A DNA stretch of 64,000 nt from an uncultured cyanobacterium (GTDB lineage Bacteria > Cyanobacteriota > Cyanobacteriia > Cyanobacteriales > CAWUOF01): NCBI GenBank assembly GCA_963744145.1, contig CAVUSO010000001.1, forward strand, positions 3,776,001 to 3,840,000. The letters are read 5' to 3'. The stretch's first letter is position 1; the number at the start of each line of letters is the position of its first letter. This document shows positions 29,936 through 40,176 of the stretch, one piece after another. The notes under the pieces were generated by a model. It did no database searches and was not told the origin of the DNA. It saw only the letters and a program-made list of their open reading frames with translations. Made by a program: the position numbers and the translations under genes.

Positions 29936-30643
29936 ATGGATACTAAAGACGGGATTGATTACGAAGGTGCTTGGGATAATTATGCCCAAATCTGGCAACA
30001 GCAACATCCTGAATTACGCTATATCGGGGATGAATGGATTGGAAAAATGGCTGGAGCTGCTAATTCTCTGGCAGAATATGAAGCATTGATTGACCGTTTG
30101 TTTATCCAACCTTATATTAGTGCTGAAGATACAGTCCTGGAAATTGGGATAGGTGGTGGAAGGACAGCCGCTTTATTGCTGCAACGATGTCACAATTTAA
30201 TTTGTGCTGATATTGCGACCCAAATGCTGGAAGCTACTCGTCAACGTTTGGGAGAAGAAAGGGTAAGCTATGTAAAATTAAATGGGCTAACACTGGAACA
30301 GATTCCATCTCAATCAGTAGATGTCTGTTTTTGTTATGATACCATGGTGCATCTTGAACCAAGGGATATTTTTAACTATTTAACCTTGATTCCTCGGTTG
30401 ATGCGCGGTCGGGGGATTTGCATTTTTCATCATACCAATATTTTGAGTACCTGGGGTTGGCGCAAGTTCCTGAGCGAATGGGATCAAAATTTATTGGGAA
30501 AGCGTTCGGGAACAGCGTTTAGCGTGATGACTGATGGAATTATGGAAAAATTTCTCTCTTATCTTGATTATGAGGTGATCCTTAAAGACACCCAAAATGT
30601 TCCCCGTGATTGTGTTTGGATCTGTAAAGCTCCAGGATTATAG
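29936..30643 (+). CDS. SAM-dependent methyltransferase
   Basis: VLEIGIGGGR motif. Confidence 0.85.
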   Translation: MDTKDGIDYEGAWDNYAQIWQQQHPELRYIGDEWIGKMAGAANSLAEYEALIDRLFIQPYISAEDTVLEIGIGGGRTAALLLQRCHNLICADIATQMLEATRQRLGEERVSYVKLNGLTLEQIPSQSVDVCFCYDTMVHLEPRDIFNYLTLIPRLMRGRGICIFHHTNILSTWGWRKFLSEWDQNLLGKRSGTAFSVMTDGIMEKFLSYLDYEVILKDTQNVPRDCVWICKAPGL

Positions 30644-30695
30644 GTTGGAGTTTTTTGCCCGCTGTTAATTATCCATTTTATCAAATTTGACGCCC

Positions 30696-33473
30696 ATGGT
30701 AACGGTTTCTGACAATATCGCGATCGCACTTTCAAATTTGCGCTCTGGAAAGCGCATAGAAGCTAAAGAAATTTATCAGCAAATCCTCCAACAAATTCCC
30801 AATCATCCAGATGCACTGCGTGGGTTAGGGATGATTGCTGGAGAAGAGGAAAATCAGTTAGCTGAAGCTTATCTGAAATCTGGGAAAATTGACCTAGCGA
30901 TCGCGACTGTACATCGCACTCTGCAATTATATCCAGATTATGCTGTTGCTTATAAAACTTTAGGCAATATTTACCTCAAGCAAGGTCAAGAAAATTTGGC
31001 TTTAGATGCTTATCAAAAGTCAGTAGAACTTGATCCTAATTTTGCTGAAGGATTGGCAAATATTGGTAGTGTTTATTATAAAAAGGGGCAATTAGATCAA
31101 GCGATTAATTATTATCAAAAAGCCATAAATATTAATCCGAATATCGCTGGTTTTTACTCGAATATGGCTAAGGTATTAGAAGAACAAGGTCGTCATTATG
31201 AATCTTTAACTTTTCAAGAGATGGCTCGTCAAATTCCGATTAATGCTAGTTTGGCGATCGCAGAACAAACTCAAAAGCCCAACTTTAATCAGCCGGGGGA
31301 ATTTAGGTTAAAATCTGATCCGGTCTCAATTGAAGTAGCTGAGAAATATCTAGCACAAGGTAATTTAATTGCTGCACTTAGTACAATTGAACAAGTCATT
31401 GCGATCGCTCCTTATGATGGGATTGCTTATAAAGTTTTGGGCAATATTTATCTCCATCAGGGTCAAAACTCAGACGCAATAAATGCTTATACAAAAGCCA
31501 TCCAACTCAAGCCAGATTTTGCTGAAGCTTATGGAAATATCGGGAATATTCATTATCGGAATCAAAATTGGGAAGAAGCAAAAAAATACTATCAAAAAGC
31601 GATCGAAATCAAACCAGATATAGCTGGATTTTATTGGAATTTAGGCAAAGTATTACAACGACAAGAAAAATTTGAAGAAGCCATCTTTAATCAACACAAA
31701 GCACTCCAATTACAGCCAGATTTAGTGTCGGCGGAAAATCATTATAATATAGGGAGTGTTTTTTTACATCAAGGTAAACTTGAGGAAGCATTGCAATGTT
31801 ATCAACGAGCAGCCGAATTAAACCCTACTATTCCAGAACCACCTTATCGAATCGGTGTTGTCTTACACCGACAAGGAAAATTTGATGAAGGAATTAGATA
31901 TTTTCACAAAGCGCTGGAAATAGATCCTGATTATATTCCTGCTTATCAAAGCTTATGTGATTTTAATTTGGGCAGAGATAAGTTTGTTGAAGCTAGAGCA
32001 GCTGCCGATCGGTATCTCAAACAAGCTAAAGGTGATAAATATTGCATGGCTTTAACCAGTTTCATTAAAGTTTATCAAGAATCAGGATTAGGTTTAAGTG
32101 CCTATGATAAGTTTTTAGAACTGGAAACAAAGATTTATCATGATCAACAAGAGTGGAATAGTTTTGAAAGAGAAAGATTTTATGGGAATTTAATTTTTAG
32201 TTTAGCACACTTACGCGATGATTTAGAAGCAAATACTAAGTTAATTAAATTGCTAGCCCAACTCTATGCAAGTCAGTTAGATGAGCAAATTCAAGCCTAT
32301 GAAAAACCGCCCAAAAAACCTTTAGCTCAACGCGATCGCCTAGGGAAACCCTTAAGAATTGGCTTTTTATCTAAATTTTTCCGTCGTCATTCAGTGGGTT
32401 GGTGTAGTGCCGATATTTTGCGAGAATTGAAAAAAATTACTCCTCACATATATTTATATGTAACTGGGAGTATGCCCACAGATGATCGGACTCAAATATT
32501 TGAAAATCTAGCTGAAAAATTTTATCGTGCTACAGCAGAGGATGGAACAGCCGCAGCTAAAGAAGTAATTGGACAAATCCAGCAAGATCAGTTAGATATC
32601 TTGGTTGATCTCGATTCAGTCACCCTACTGACTCAAGTAGAGATTATGCGGGCTCAACCAGCACCTGTTTGTGTATCATGGTTAGGTTTTGATGCACCCT
32701 TTATGAGGGAAGATAATTATTATTTGTGCGATCGACATACACATCCGGAAGGGGTTGATCAATATTATCAGGAAAAGCTCATCCGGATGCCAGATTGTCA
32801 TGTCGCAGTTGGGGGGTTTAAAAGTAACCCAGCAGATTTAGACATCCTCCGGAAAACTTTTCGGATTAGTAAAGATCAGATTATTTATCTCTGTGTTGCT
32901 CCTGGACAGAAATTTAACTACAATCTGGCAAAAGCTCAGGTAGCGATTCTCAAATATGTCCCGAATAGCGTGTTATTTTATAAAGGTCGGCAAGGAGATC
33001 CAGAAGTAGTTTCTTCTCTGTACCGAAGTGCTTGTCAAGCTCAGGGAGTGAGTCACCATCGGATTAAGTTTTTACTACGCACTAAGTTTGAAGAAGAACA
33101 TCGCATTTCCTATCAAATGGCAGATGTATTATTAGATGCTTATCCTTATAATGGGATGACTCATACCTTAGAAGCACTTTGGTTTAATTTGCCGATCGTT
33201 ACTCTGACTGGACAACAGTCTGCTTCTCGGTTAGCTTATTGTTTATTGAAAACTCTTGGTGTGGAAGCAGGTATTACTAGAAGTTGGGAAGAATATATTA
33301 AGCGTGGAATTCGCTTTGGGTTAGATGCAGATTTCCGGAATTCGGTTAAAGAACAGTTAATCCAATCTAAACAACCAGAAAATTTATCACCTTTGTGGAA
33401 TCCTCAAAAGTTTGCTCATGATCTGTATGGGATATTTGAAGAACTTTTCCGTCAACGAGTGTTAAGAGGATAG
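30696..33473 (+). CDS. TPR-repeat O-GlcNAc transferase/SPINDLY-like (GT41) protein
   Basis: Multiple TPRs, then LRIGFLS..FRRHSVG, DILVDLD, WLGF and LDAYPYNG.T.TLEALW. Confidence 0.88.
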   Translation: MVTVSDNIAIALSNLRSGKRIEAKEIYQQILQQIPNHPDALRGLGMIAGEEENQLAEAYLKSGKIDLAIATVHRTLQLYPDYAVAYKTLGNIYLKQGQENLALDAYQKSVELDPNFAEGLANIGSVYYKKGQLDQAINYYQKAININPNIAGFYSNMAKVLEEQGRHYESLTFQEMARQIPINASLAIAEQTQKPNFNQPGEFRLKSDPVSIEVAEKYLAQGNLIAALSTIEQVIAIAPYDGIAYKVLGNIYLHQGQNSDAINAYTKAIQLKPDFAEAYGNIGNIHYRNQNWEEAKKYYQKAIEIKPDIAGFYWNLGKVLQRQEKFEEAIFNQHKALQLQPDLVSAENHYNIGSVFLHQGKLEEALQCYQRAAELNPTIPEPPYRIGVVLHRQGKFDEGIRYFHKALEIDPDYIPAYQSLCDFNLGRDKFVEARAAADRYLKQAKGDKYCMALTSFIKVYQESGLGLSAYDKFLELETKIYHDQQEWNSFERERFYGNLIFSLAHLRDDLEANTKLIKLLAQLYASQLDEQIQAYEKPPKKPLAQRDRLGKPLRIGFLSKFFRRHSVGWCSADILRELKKITPHIYLYVTGSMPTDDRTQIFENLAEKFYRATAEDGTAAAKEVIGQIQQDQLDILVDLDSVTLLTQVEIMRAQPAPVCVSWLGFDAPFMREDNYYLCDRHTHPEGVDQYYQEKLIRMPDCHVAVGGFKSNPADLDILRKTFRISKDQIIYLCVAPGQKFNYNLAKAQVAILKYVPNSVLFYKGRQGDPEVVSSLYRSACQAQGVSHHRIKFLLRTKFEEEHRISYQMADVLLDAYPYNGMTHTLEALWFNLPIVTLTGQQSASRLAYCLLKTLGVEAGITRSWEEYIKRGIRFGLDADFRNSVKEQLIQSKQPENLSPLWNPQKFAHDLYGIFEELFRQRVLRG

Positions 33474-33480
33474 TTCAACT

Positions 33481-34074
33481 ATGGTACAAACTATTTCGAT
33501 CGAATTACCGATCGCGATCGGTCTTTCTGTTACTCCGGAACAATTTCAGACCCTCGCGATCGCAAATCGAGATTTAAGATTAGAACTGACAGCAACAGGA
33601 GAATTAATTGTGAATCCACCAACTGGAGGAGAAACGGGTGCAAAAAATTGCAGTATTACTGGACAACTAGATCGCTGGTACGAAAAAAACGAAAACTTAG
33701 GAGAAGCGTTTGACTCATCTACTGGGTTTAGACTGCCGAATGAAGCGATTCGTTCCCCAGATGCTGCTTGGGTTAGTCGGGAACGTTACCAAACACTTAC
33801 TCCTCAACAGCGAAAAAGCTTTTTACCCTTATGTCCAGATTTTGTAATTGAGCTACGTTCTGATTCAGATAGTCTGGTGACATTACAAACCAAGATGAAA
33901 GAATATATTGATAATGGCACAAAATTAGGTTGGTTAATTGACCCCCAGAATCGACGAGTAGAGATTTATCGATCGAACTCAGATGTGGAAGTCTTGGAAA
34001 ATCCGACTGAACTATCTGGTGAGGATATATTACCTGGTTTTGTGTTGAATTTAAAGCGAATATTTTATAAGTAA
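33481..34074 (+). CDS. Uma2 (DUF820) family protein
   Basis: FDSSTGF, RSPDAAW, PDFVIELRS, LGWLIDP. Confidence 0.92.
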   Translation: MVQTISIELPIAIGLSVTPEQFQTLAIANRDLRLELTATGELIVNPPTGGETGAKNCSITGQLDRWYEKNENLGEAFDSSTGFRLPNEAIRSPDAAWVSRERYQTLTPQQRKSFLPLCPDFVIELRSDSDSLVTLQTKMKEYIDNGTKLGWLIDPQNRRVEIYRSNSDVEVLENPTELSGEDILPGFVLNLKRIFYK

Positions 34075-34152
34075 GTTGGTCTCAATTATCCGTGATGGTT
34101 GCACAGCTTCGAGATGGGAACTAAATAATCAGACGCAGCTAGTACATCAGAC

Positions 34153-36964
34153 ATGGTTAAAGTAAAAAATTCAGACTCAATACTTAATTCTATTAAGCGA
34201 TCGCCTAAATTTAGTTTAATTCCACTCAGACTAATCCTCATAGCCCCATTTATTATTCAAATCTTTGCTGCTGTTGGATTAACAGGATGGTTAGCTTTAC
34301 GCAATGGGCAAAAAGCTGTTAATGATGTAGCTCAACAGTTGCGCTCAGAATTATCCCAGCGGATTGAGGAAAAACTAAAAACCTATACAGAAATTACCCA
34401 CGCTATCAACCATTTTAATACTGCCAATTTTGCCAGAGGTGTAATTGATGTTAGTGGTGTCAAAGGTGAAGCGCAAATGTGGGACCAAATGCAGATTTAT
34501 CCTGACCTCAGCGATGTTCACTGTGGGGATGAAAATGGTGGATATATTGGTATTGTTAGGGTTTCAGCCCAAGATCGTTCTAAGGTGAATTTAGTATTTA
34601 GCAATCCATCGACCAATTTTATCCTTCAATACTTTGCCTTAGATTCTCAAGGTAATCGTACTCAAAAGGTGGAATACACTATTAATAAGCCCTACGATCC
34701 CCGAGTTCGACCTTGGTACAAAGCAGCCAAGACAGCAGGGAAAAGCGTTTGGAGTGAAATTTATCTTGATTTTTCTACCTTATATCCGACACTAAATGGT
34801 AATGTGCCTGTCTATAGCCCAACGGATAAATCTTTTATGGGCGTTTGTGCGACAGCCTTCTATTTACCCCAGGAAATGTCAAAGTTTCTGCAAGGTTTAA
34901 AGATTGGGAAAACAGGTACAGTGTTTATGATGGAACGCTCTGGACGACTGGTGGCAACTTCTACTAAAGAACCTATGCTCGATGGTCAGGGAGAGAATGT
35001 TACCCGTTTAGCAGCAGTCGATAGTACCAATCTCACCATTAAAGCTACAGCGCAGCTTTTGAGCGATCGCTTCCAAGACCTCAACCAGATTCAATCCGTA
35101 CAACAAATTGACTTTAAAGGCGTCAGGTAAGAAGGATTATATCCAAGTAGTGCCATTTAAGGACTTGAACCTAGACTGGCTGATTGTGATTACTATTCCC
35201 GAATCAGATTTTATGGAGCAAATCGATGCCAACACCAATACAACAATTATATTATGTTTAGGAGCCTTAGCAGTAGCAATTGTGTTAGGAATTTACACCT
35301 CTCGTTGGATTTCTCAACCCATTGCCCGGTTGAACAAAGCATCTCAAGAAATTACTAGAGGAAACCTAGACCAAGAAATCCAACCAGAAAATATTAAAGA
35401 ACTGGATCAGCTTGGTCAGACATTTAATACAATGAGCCATCAACTTCAGTCTTTTTTCCACGCTCTAGCCCAAACTAATCGAGAACTCGAACAACGAGTA
35501 GAAGAACGCACCGCCGACCTAAAACAATCCAAAGAAGAAGCAGAACTAGCCAAACAAGCAGCATATAGTGCTAATCAAGCTAAAAGTGAATTTCTGGCTA
35601 ATATGAGTCATGAACTTCGCACTCCCTTAAATGGTATTTTAGGTTATGCCCAAATTCTCGGGCGGATGAAAGAACTTCCTGAAAAAGCTCGTCATGGAGC
35701 TAATGTTATCCATCAATGTGGTTCTCATTTATTAACCCTAATCAATGATGTTCTAGATATCTCTAAAATTGAGGCTCGTAAACTCGAACTAGTGCCTAGT
35801 GCTGTTCATTTACCATCACTGATACAAGGTGTTGTCGAAATCTCTCAAATCCGCGCTCAACAAAAAGGTATTGAGTTACATTACGAACCTGATCCTAACT
35901 TACCTAATGGTATTGTTATTGATAAAAAACGGTTGAGACAAGTATTGATTAATCTTTTAAGTAATGCGATTAAATTTACTGATCAAGGTCGGGTTACTTT
36001 GAAAGTTGAGCCGCGAAATATTAATCAAGATGTGATTAATCAAAACCAGATCCTTCTGTATTTTTCTGTCACTGATACTGGGATTGGTATCGCCCAGGAA
36101 AATCTCCAAAAATTATTTCAAGTTTTTCAACAAGTAGGCGATCGCAGTCGTCACGCAGAAGGAACAGGTTTAGGATTAGCAATTAGTCAACAAATTCTCC
36201 AATTAATGGGGAGTAAAATTCAAGTTGAAAGTCAACTGGGAGTGGGCAGTAAATTCTTTTTTGAACTAGATTTATCCTTGCATCAGGAATGGGTAGAGCA
36301 ACAAACCATTGAAGCGGGTAATATTAGCAGCTATAATGGCAGGAAACAACAAATTTTAGTTATAGATGATCGTTGGGAAAATCGGGCTGTAATTGTAAAT
36401 TTATTAGAACCTATTGGTTTTGTAGTTAGGGAAGCAGAAAATGGACAGATTGGTTTAGACAAAATGCGGGAAAATCTACCAGATTTAATCATTACAGACC
36501 TAGTAATGCCCGTAATGGATGGTTTTGAAATGCTCAAACAATTGCGAAATGATCAGAAATTAAAAGATTTAAAAGTTCTGGTTTCATCGGCATCTGTAGC
36601 ACAACTAGACCAACAAATGAGCTTAGACGCGGGTGGGGATGACTTTCTCGCTAAACCAGTGAACGCTCCAGACTTATTTAATCTCTTAGCCCATCATTTA
36701 CAACTGACTTGGAATTATGAAGAAGTAGAAGTAGTAGTAAGCGAGCAAGAAATAATATTTCCCCCAGCCTCTGAACTAGAGCAAATCTATCAAGCTGGTA
36801 GAATTGGTGATATGGATACGGTGATAAATGAAGCTAATCGGTTAGAACAGTTAAACCCTGAGTATAAACCTTTTGTTGATCGTTTAAGGGAATTTACTGA
36901 CAATTTTGATGACACTGGTATTAGGAAATTTATTGAACCGATTATGCGATCGGATCACCTCTAA
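34153..36964 (+). pseudogene. Cache-HAMP-HisKA-HATPase-REC hybrid histidine kinase split by one frameshift near 35120
   Basis: 34153-35130 encodes TM+Cache (YDPRVRPWY); overlapping 35108-36964 continues ([38 protein letters not shown], receiver domain). Confidence 0.85.
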
Positions 36965-37237
36965 TCGCCGAATATGTGGACAAAAGTGGACTATACGGCA
37001 TAATTGTATCCATCGACCCGGTGAACTATTTGGCAGTATTTAGCTCTCACAGGGCTAATCTTGCCCTTGGCAGTCACCATTTCAAACACACCTGTGGCAC
37101 GAACAGTTAAGCGCCCAATATGAGTTCCTGCGAATTTTCCTTTTGGCAGAGTAGCGCGGACTATATCCCCAGTTTGAAACCCGAAAAAAGCTTTCTGTCT
37201 AGTTCGATGTCTGATCGGAAAACCATATTGGTTGGTA

Positions 37238-38817
37238 AGTAGTCGGACATAAATAAAGTTAACTATGTTAACTTTATTTAAGAGTAAATTTGACCCACAA
37301 ATTTACCAGAGAAAAGCATATAAAAGTATTCCCTCCGTCCAACTGAATAGGTTTCACTAGAGAGTAAGAAAACTGCATTTCCAGATTTTCTATTAACTAT
37401 AAATATGGTCAGTTTTGCCTCAGCCTCTCATTAAACAATTAATGGAATTTTTCCGGTTGACTAGAACTAGAATAAACCCGATTAGGATTTTTGTTCATCC
37501 TGGCTAGGCTGACCACCAAATCTAAATCTTTTTACTTCTAAGCCCTTACTAGTTTGACGAGCTTCGATTGCTGCTCTTACCGCGATGGTTAATTCATATT
37601 CATTCTCAAACATTTGACCAGCTAATTCATCTTCTTTGATTCTTTCCCACTCCGTTTCAATCAGATTTAATTCGGGAGAGTAACTGGATAATAGGAATAT
37701 ATATAATCCTTGTTTTTCCCATTGATCATAGTTGCTCTTCGTCAATTTACTTACGTGAACGGAATATTGGTCTTGGACAATTACAGTTATTTTGCCCGTT
37801 TCTTTCAATCTAGTTTCCGCTTGCGCGGCTTGCCAATCCATTAATTTGATATAATTCTTACTGTCAAAACTCTTAAAACTTAATCCATATTCAAAGCTTT
37901 CTCCCACGGCCAAAAATCCACATATATTTAATCTTTTCCCTTTCTTTTTAGGCTGTTTGATCTGTTTCTGTTGGCCGATTTTCCCCCAGGTATATACAGG
38001 TTCAGCCCACAGGCTAAATCCTGATTCATCCAAATATTTTAAACATATTTCACCCGCGGCTGCCGCGAATTCCAACATCTCTAAATCATTTCTTTTAGTT
38101 GCTCTTTTTTCCTGGTCTTGCTTTCCTTTTAGAGATGTTCTCGTTCTTTTCCACCGATAGTTTTTTTTGAGGATTCGACGCAACTGTCTTTGGCTCAGTT
38201 TTACTTGCCTTTCCTGGGCTAGATATTTCACTAACTGACGACTATTATAAGCTCGTTCCTCTGTCTCTAGTTTTTTTTCAATTTCTGCCAAATCTGCCTG
38301 ACTCCATTTTCTTTTCCTGCCCGGACGAGGCGCATCCCATAATCCTGCTAATCCCTGTTTTTCCCAACGATGTATTGTGGCTCTCACTGTCTTAATTGAC
38401 CAGTTCAGATACTTGCCGATCTGTTCCACTTTCCATCCCATTGATGATAATCTCAAGTTCGCAGCCCGATCTCTTGTTCTTAGTGGAACTCCCTCGGCTC
38501 TATTTAATTCCCATAAGGTTTGATTTTCCGCAGATGTTAAAAATATTCTCAAAGGAGGAGATGACATTTTCTTCAAACTTTTAAGTTAGCTCTATAATTA
38601 TTTCACAATCAGGGTGTTTTTTTTGAAGCTAAAATCGACCTCACTTATCCCCTTAATTACCAAAATAAGTCTAATTTTTTGCTCCCATTGTCCAGCCACT
38701 TCTTTGGCCAATCTTCTCCAGATTGGACTAATTTTTCGATGACTTTGTCCAGCTTATTGCTTGACCCATACGTTTTACAAAAGTTAATACAGTACCTATT
38801 ACTTTTGTCCGACTACT
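37238..38817 (-). mobile_element. IS630-family insertion sequence, 1580 bp
   Basis: TIR AGTAGTCGGACA at both ends; TA duplicated at 37236-37237 and 38818-38819. Confidence 0.93.
37482..38576 (-). CDS. IS630-family transposase
   Basis: HTH, PRPGR, YLDESGF, VQDQYSVH, SYSPELNLIE. Confidence 0.93.
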   Translation of the reverse strand: MKKMSSPPLRIFLTSAENQTLWELNRAEGVPLRTRDRAANLRLSSMGWKVEQIGKYLNWSIKTVRATIHRWEKQGLAGLWDAPRPGRKRKWSQADLAEIEKKLETEERAYNSRQLVKYLAQERQVKLSQRQLRRILKKNYRWKRTRTSLKGKQDQEKRATKRNDLEMLEFAAAAGEICLKYLDESGFSLWAEPVYTWGKIGQQKQIKQPKKKGKRLNICGFLAVGESFEYGLSFKSFDSKNYIKLMDWQAAQAETRLKETGKITVIVQDQYSVHVSKLTKSNYDQWEKQGLYIFLLSSYSPELNLIETEWERIKEDELAGQMFENEYELTIAVRAAIEARQTSKGLEVKRFRFGGQPSQDEQKS

Positions 38818-39859
38818 TAGTAGACATTTGGCGAGTACCCCATCCCTTAGCCGTAATCAGTAATGGCTTAGTAGTTTTTAAGGCTAATTTCTCAACTACT
38901 CCTACACAAGCTGCATCAAGATAGTGACGTTTTTCAATGCCTAATTTGACGCGATTGAATTTAGTTCTACCACCAGTCCACACCTCAACAGCTAGACCTG
39001 TTTCTCGTAACCGATGATATAATTCCCATCGGGTTGAATTGACAGCCGCAGCGTCTTTTAATGGTGCCTTAGCTTGCGTTAAAACTCGCTTTAAAATTTC
39101 TGGTTGATTTTTCAAAAATTTCTCAATCTGCTCATTACCTTTTTTCTGATTACAAGCATGACAAGCTAGGGTAAGATTGCTGACTCTGTCTGTTCCACCT
39201 TTACTTTTAGCTAAAATGTGTTCAATCTCTAGGGGCGTTTTTTTAGCACCACAATAAACACATTTTCTGCCCCATTTTGCCAGTAAGTATTCGCGAACTT
39301 CGTACCCTTGTAGTTCCCCTTGTTGATACTCAGTACCGCTAATTTCAGGATTAACTAGGGCTTGAGGATCAAACCTTACTAACTCTTGAGAAATGCCTGT
39401 AATTGGGGCAAATTTCCTGAGTCTGTTTACCCAAGTTAGAGTGGTTTGGACTCGGTGTTCAAGACTGGGTGCTAACCAACCTTTAGGACGGGTTCTATTT
39501 AGAAATCTTGCTTGGCGATAACGAGTTTTACGGTTCCGTCGAGTCCGACGCAACGCTCGACCGAGACTCAAGATTAGCTTTAATTGCTTGACCACGATGG
39601 GTTAATTCTGCACCCCAAATAACCGCATCATTAGATACTAATGCCAGACCAGTTGTTTGAGAACCTGGATCTATTTTTAACTGAACTGGTTTAGTTATTT
39701 CAGTTGACACAGTTTTTAAGATGATTGTAAATGGAAATCTCCGCCAAACTGCGGCTTTCCCCCGATTCAACAACAATCGAGCTTGTGCTGGATGAACAGG
39801 ATTAATTGGGCGCTTGTTGGTATCGATCACAAAAACCAAGTTAGACATAGTTGAAACTC

Positions 39860-40093
39860 TGATTGCTCAGGTAATTTTTTCCTCGTCAATGTTACTTAGG
39901 CTTGTCATGTTCAGTTCACTTTCTTGAGCTAAATAGGAATGTTTAAAACTGAACGGCAGAGCTAAAAGCTGGAAAGCACTCGCAGGTGCCATGACCCAAG
40001 TAACGTAGTCCCTCGCTTTGCTTAGAACTGAGACTGGCCATCTCTACACTTTATGTACTGGTTGTCCAGATATGTCCAGTGTTTAGCGGATAG
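39860..40093 (-). ncRNA. omegaRNA scaffold (HEARO-like); boundaries approximate
   Basis: Minus strand carries HEARO-like blocks in order (GGCCAGTCTCAG, CTACGTT, CACC..TGC..CCAGC..GCTCTG, TTAAACA, AACATTGACGAGG) directly upstream of iscB. Confidence 0.85.
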
Positions 40094-40176
40094 CTATAAT
40101 TTAATCTTCAACATGGTAGTGAAATGATGTATATTAAAGGTAAGAGAGAAATGAAAATTTGTCTACTATCTGGGAG

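Larger units (their letters stand above)
36991..39848 (-). pseudogene. iscB: IscB RNA-guided endonuclease (RRXRR + HNH), disrupted by a 1-bp insertion and an IS630
   Basis: PINP (PLMP-like), KIDPGS (RuvC-I), RRTRRNRKTRYR bridge helix, QELVRFD, HNH EHI...SNLTLACHACN, HYLDAA; C-terminus NQYGFP...FQTGD...DGYNY resumes at about 37235-36991. Confidence 0.93.
36961..40093 (-). mobile_element. non-autonomous IscB (OMEGA) element with imperfect inverted ends
   Basis: Ends CTATCCGCTAAACACTGGACATATCTGGACA (minus, from 40093) and CTAATCGCCGAATATGTGGACAAAAGTGGAC (plus, from 36961); CT dinucleotide on both flanks; contains omegaRNA and iscB. Confidence 0.75.

Noticed and set aside
38150..38175. Programmed frameshift in the IS630 transposase
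   Set aside because: An A-run is present but the ORF is already continuous
38813..39595. Cas9 or stand-alone HNH nuclease
   Set aside because: It is the middle fragment of iscB; no REC lobe or array, and a HEARO-like RNA lies upstream
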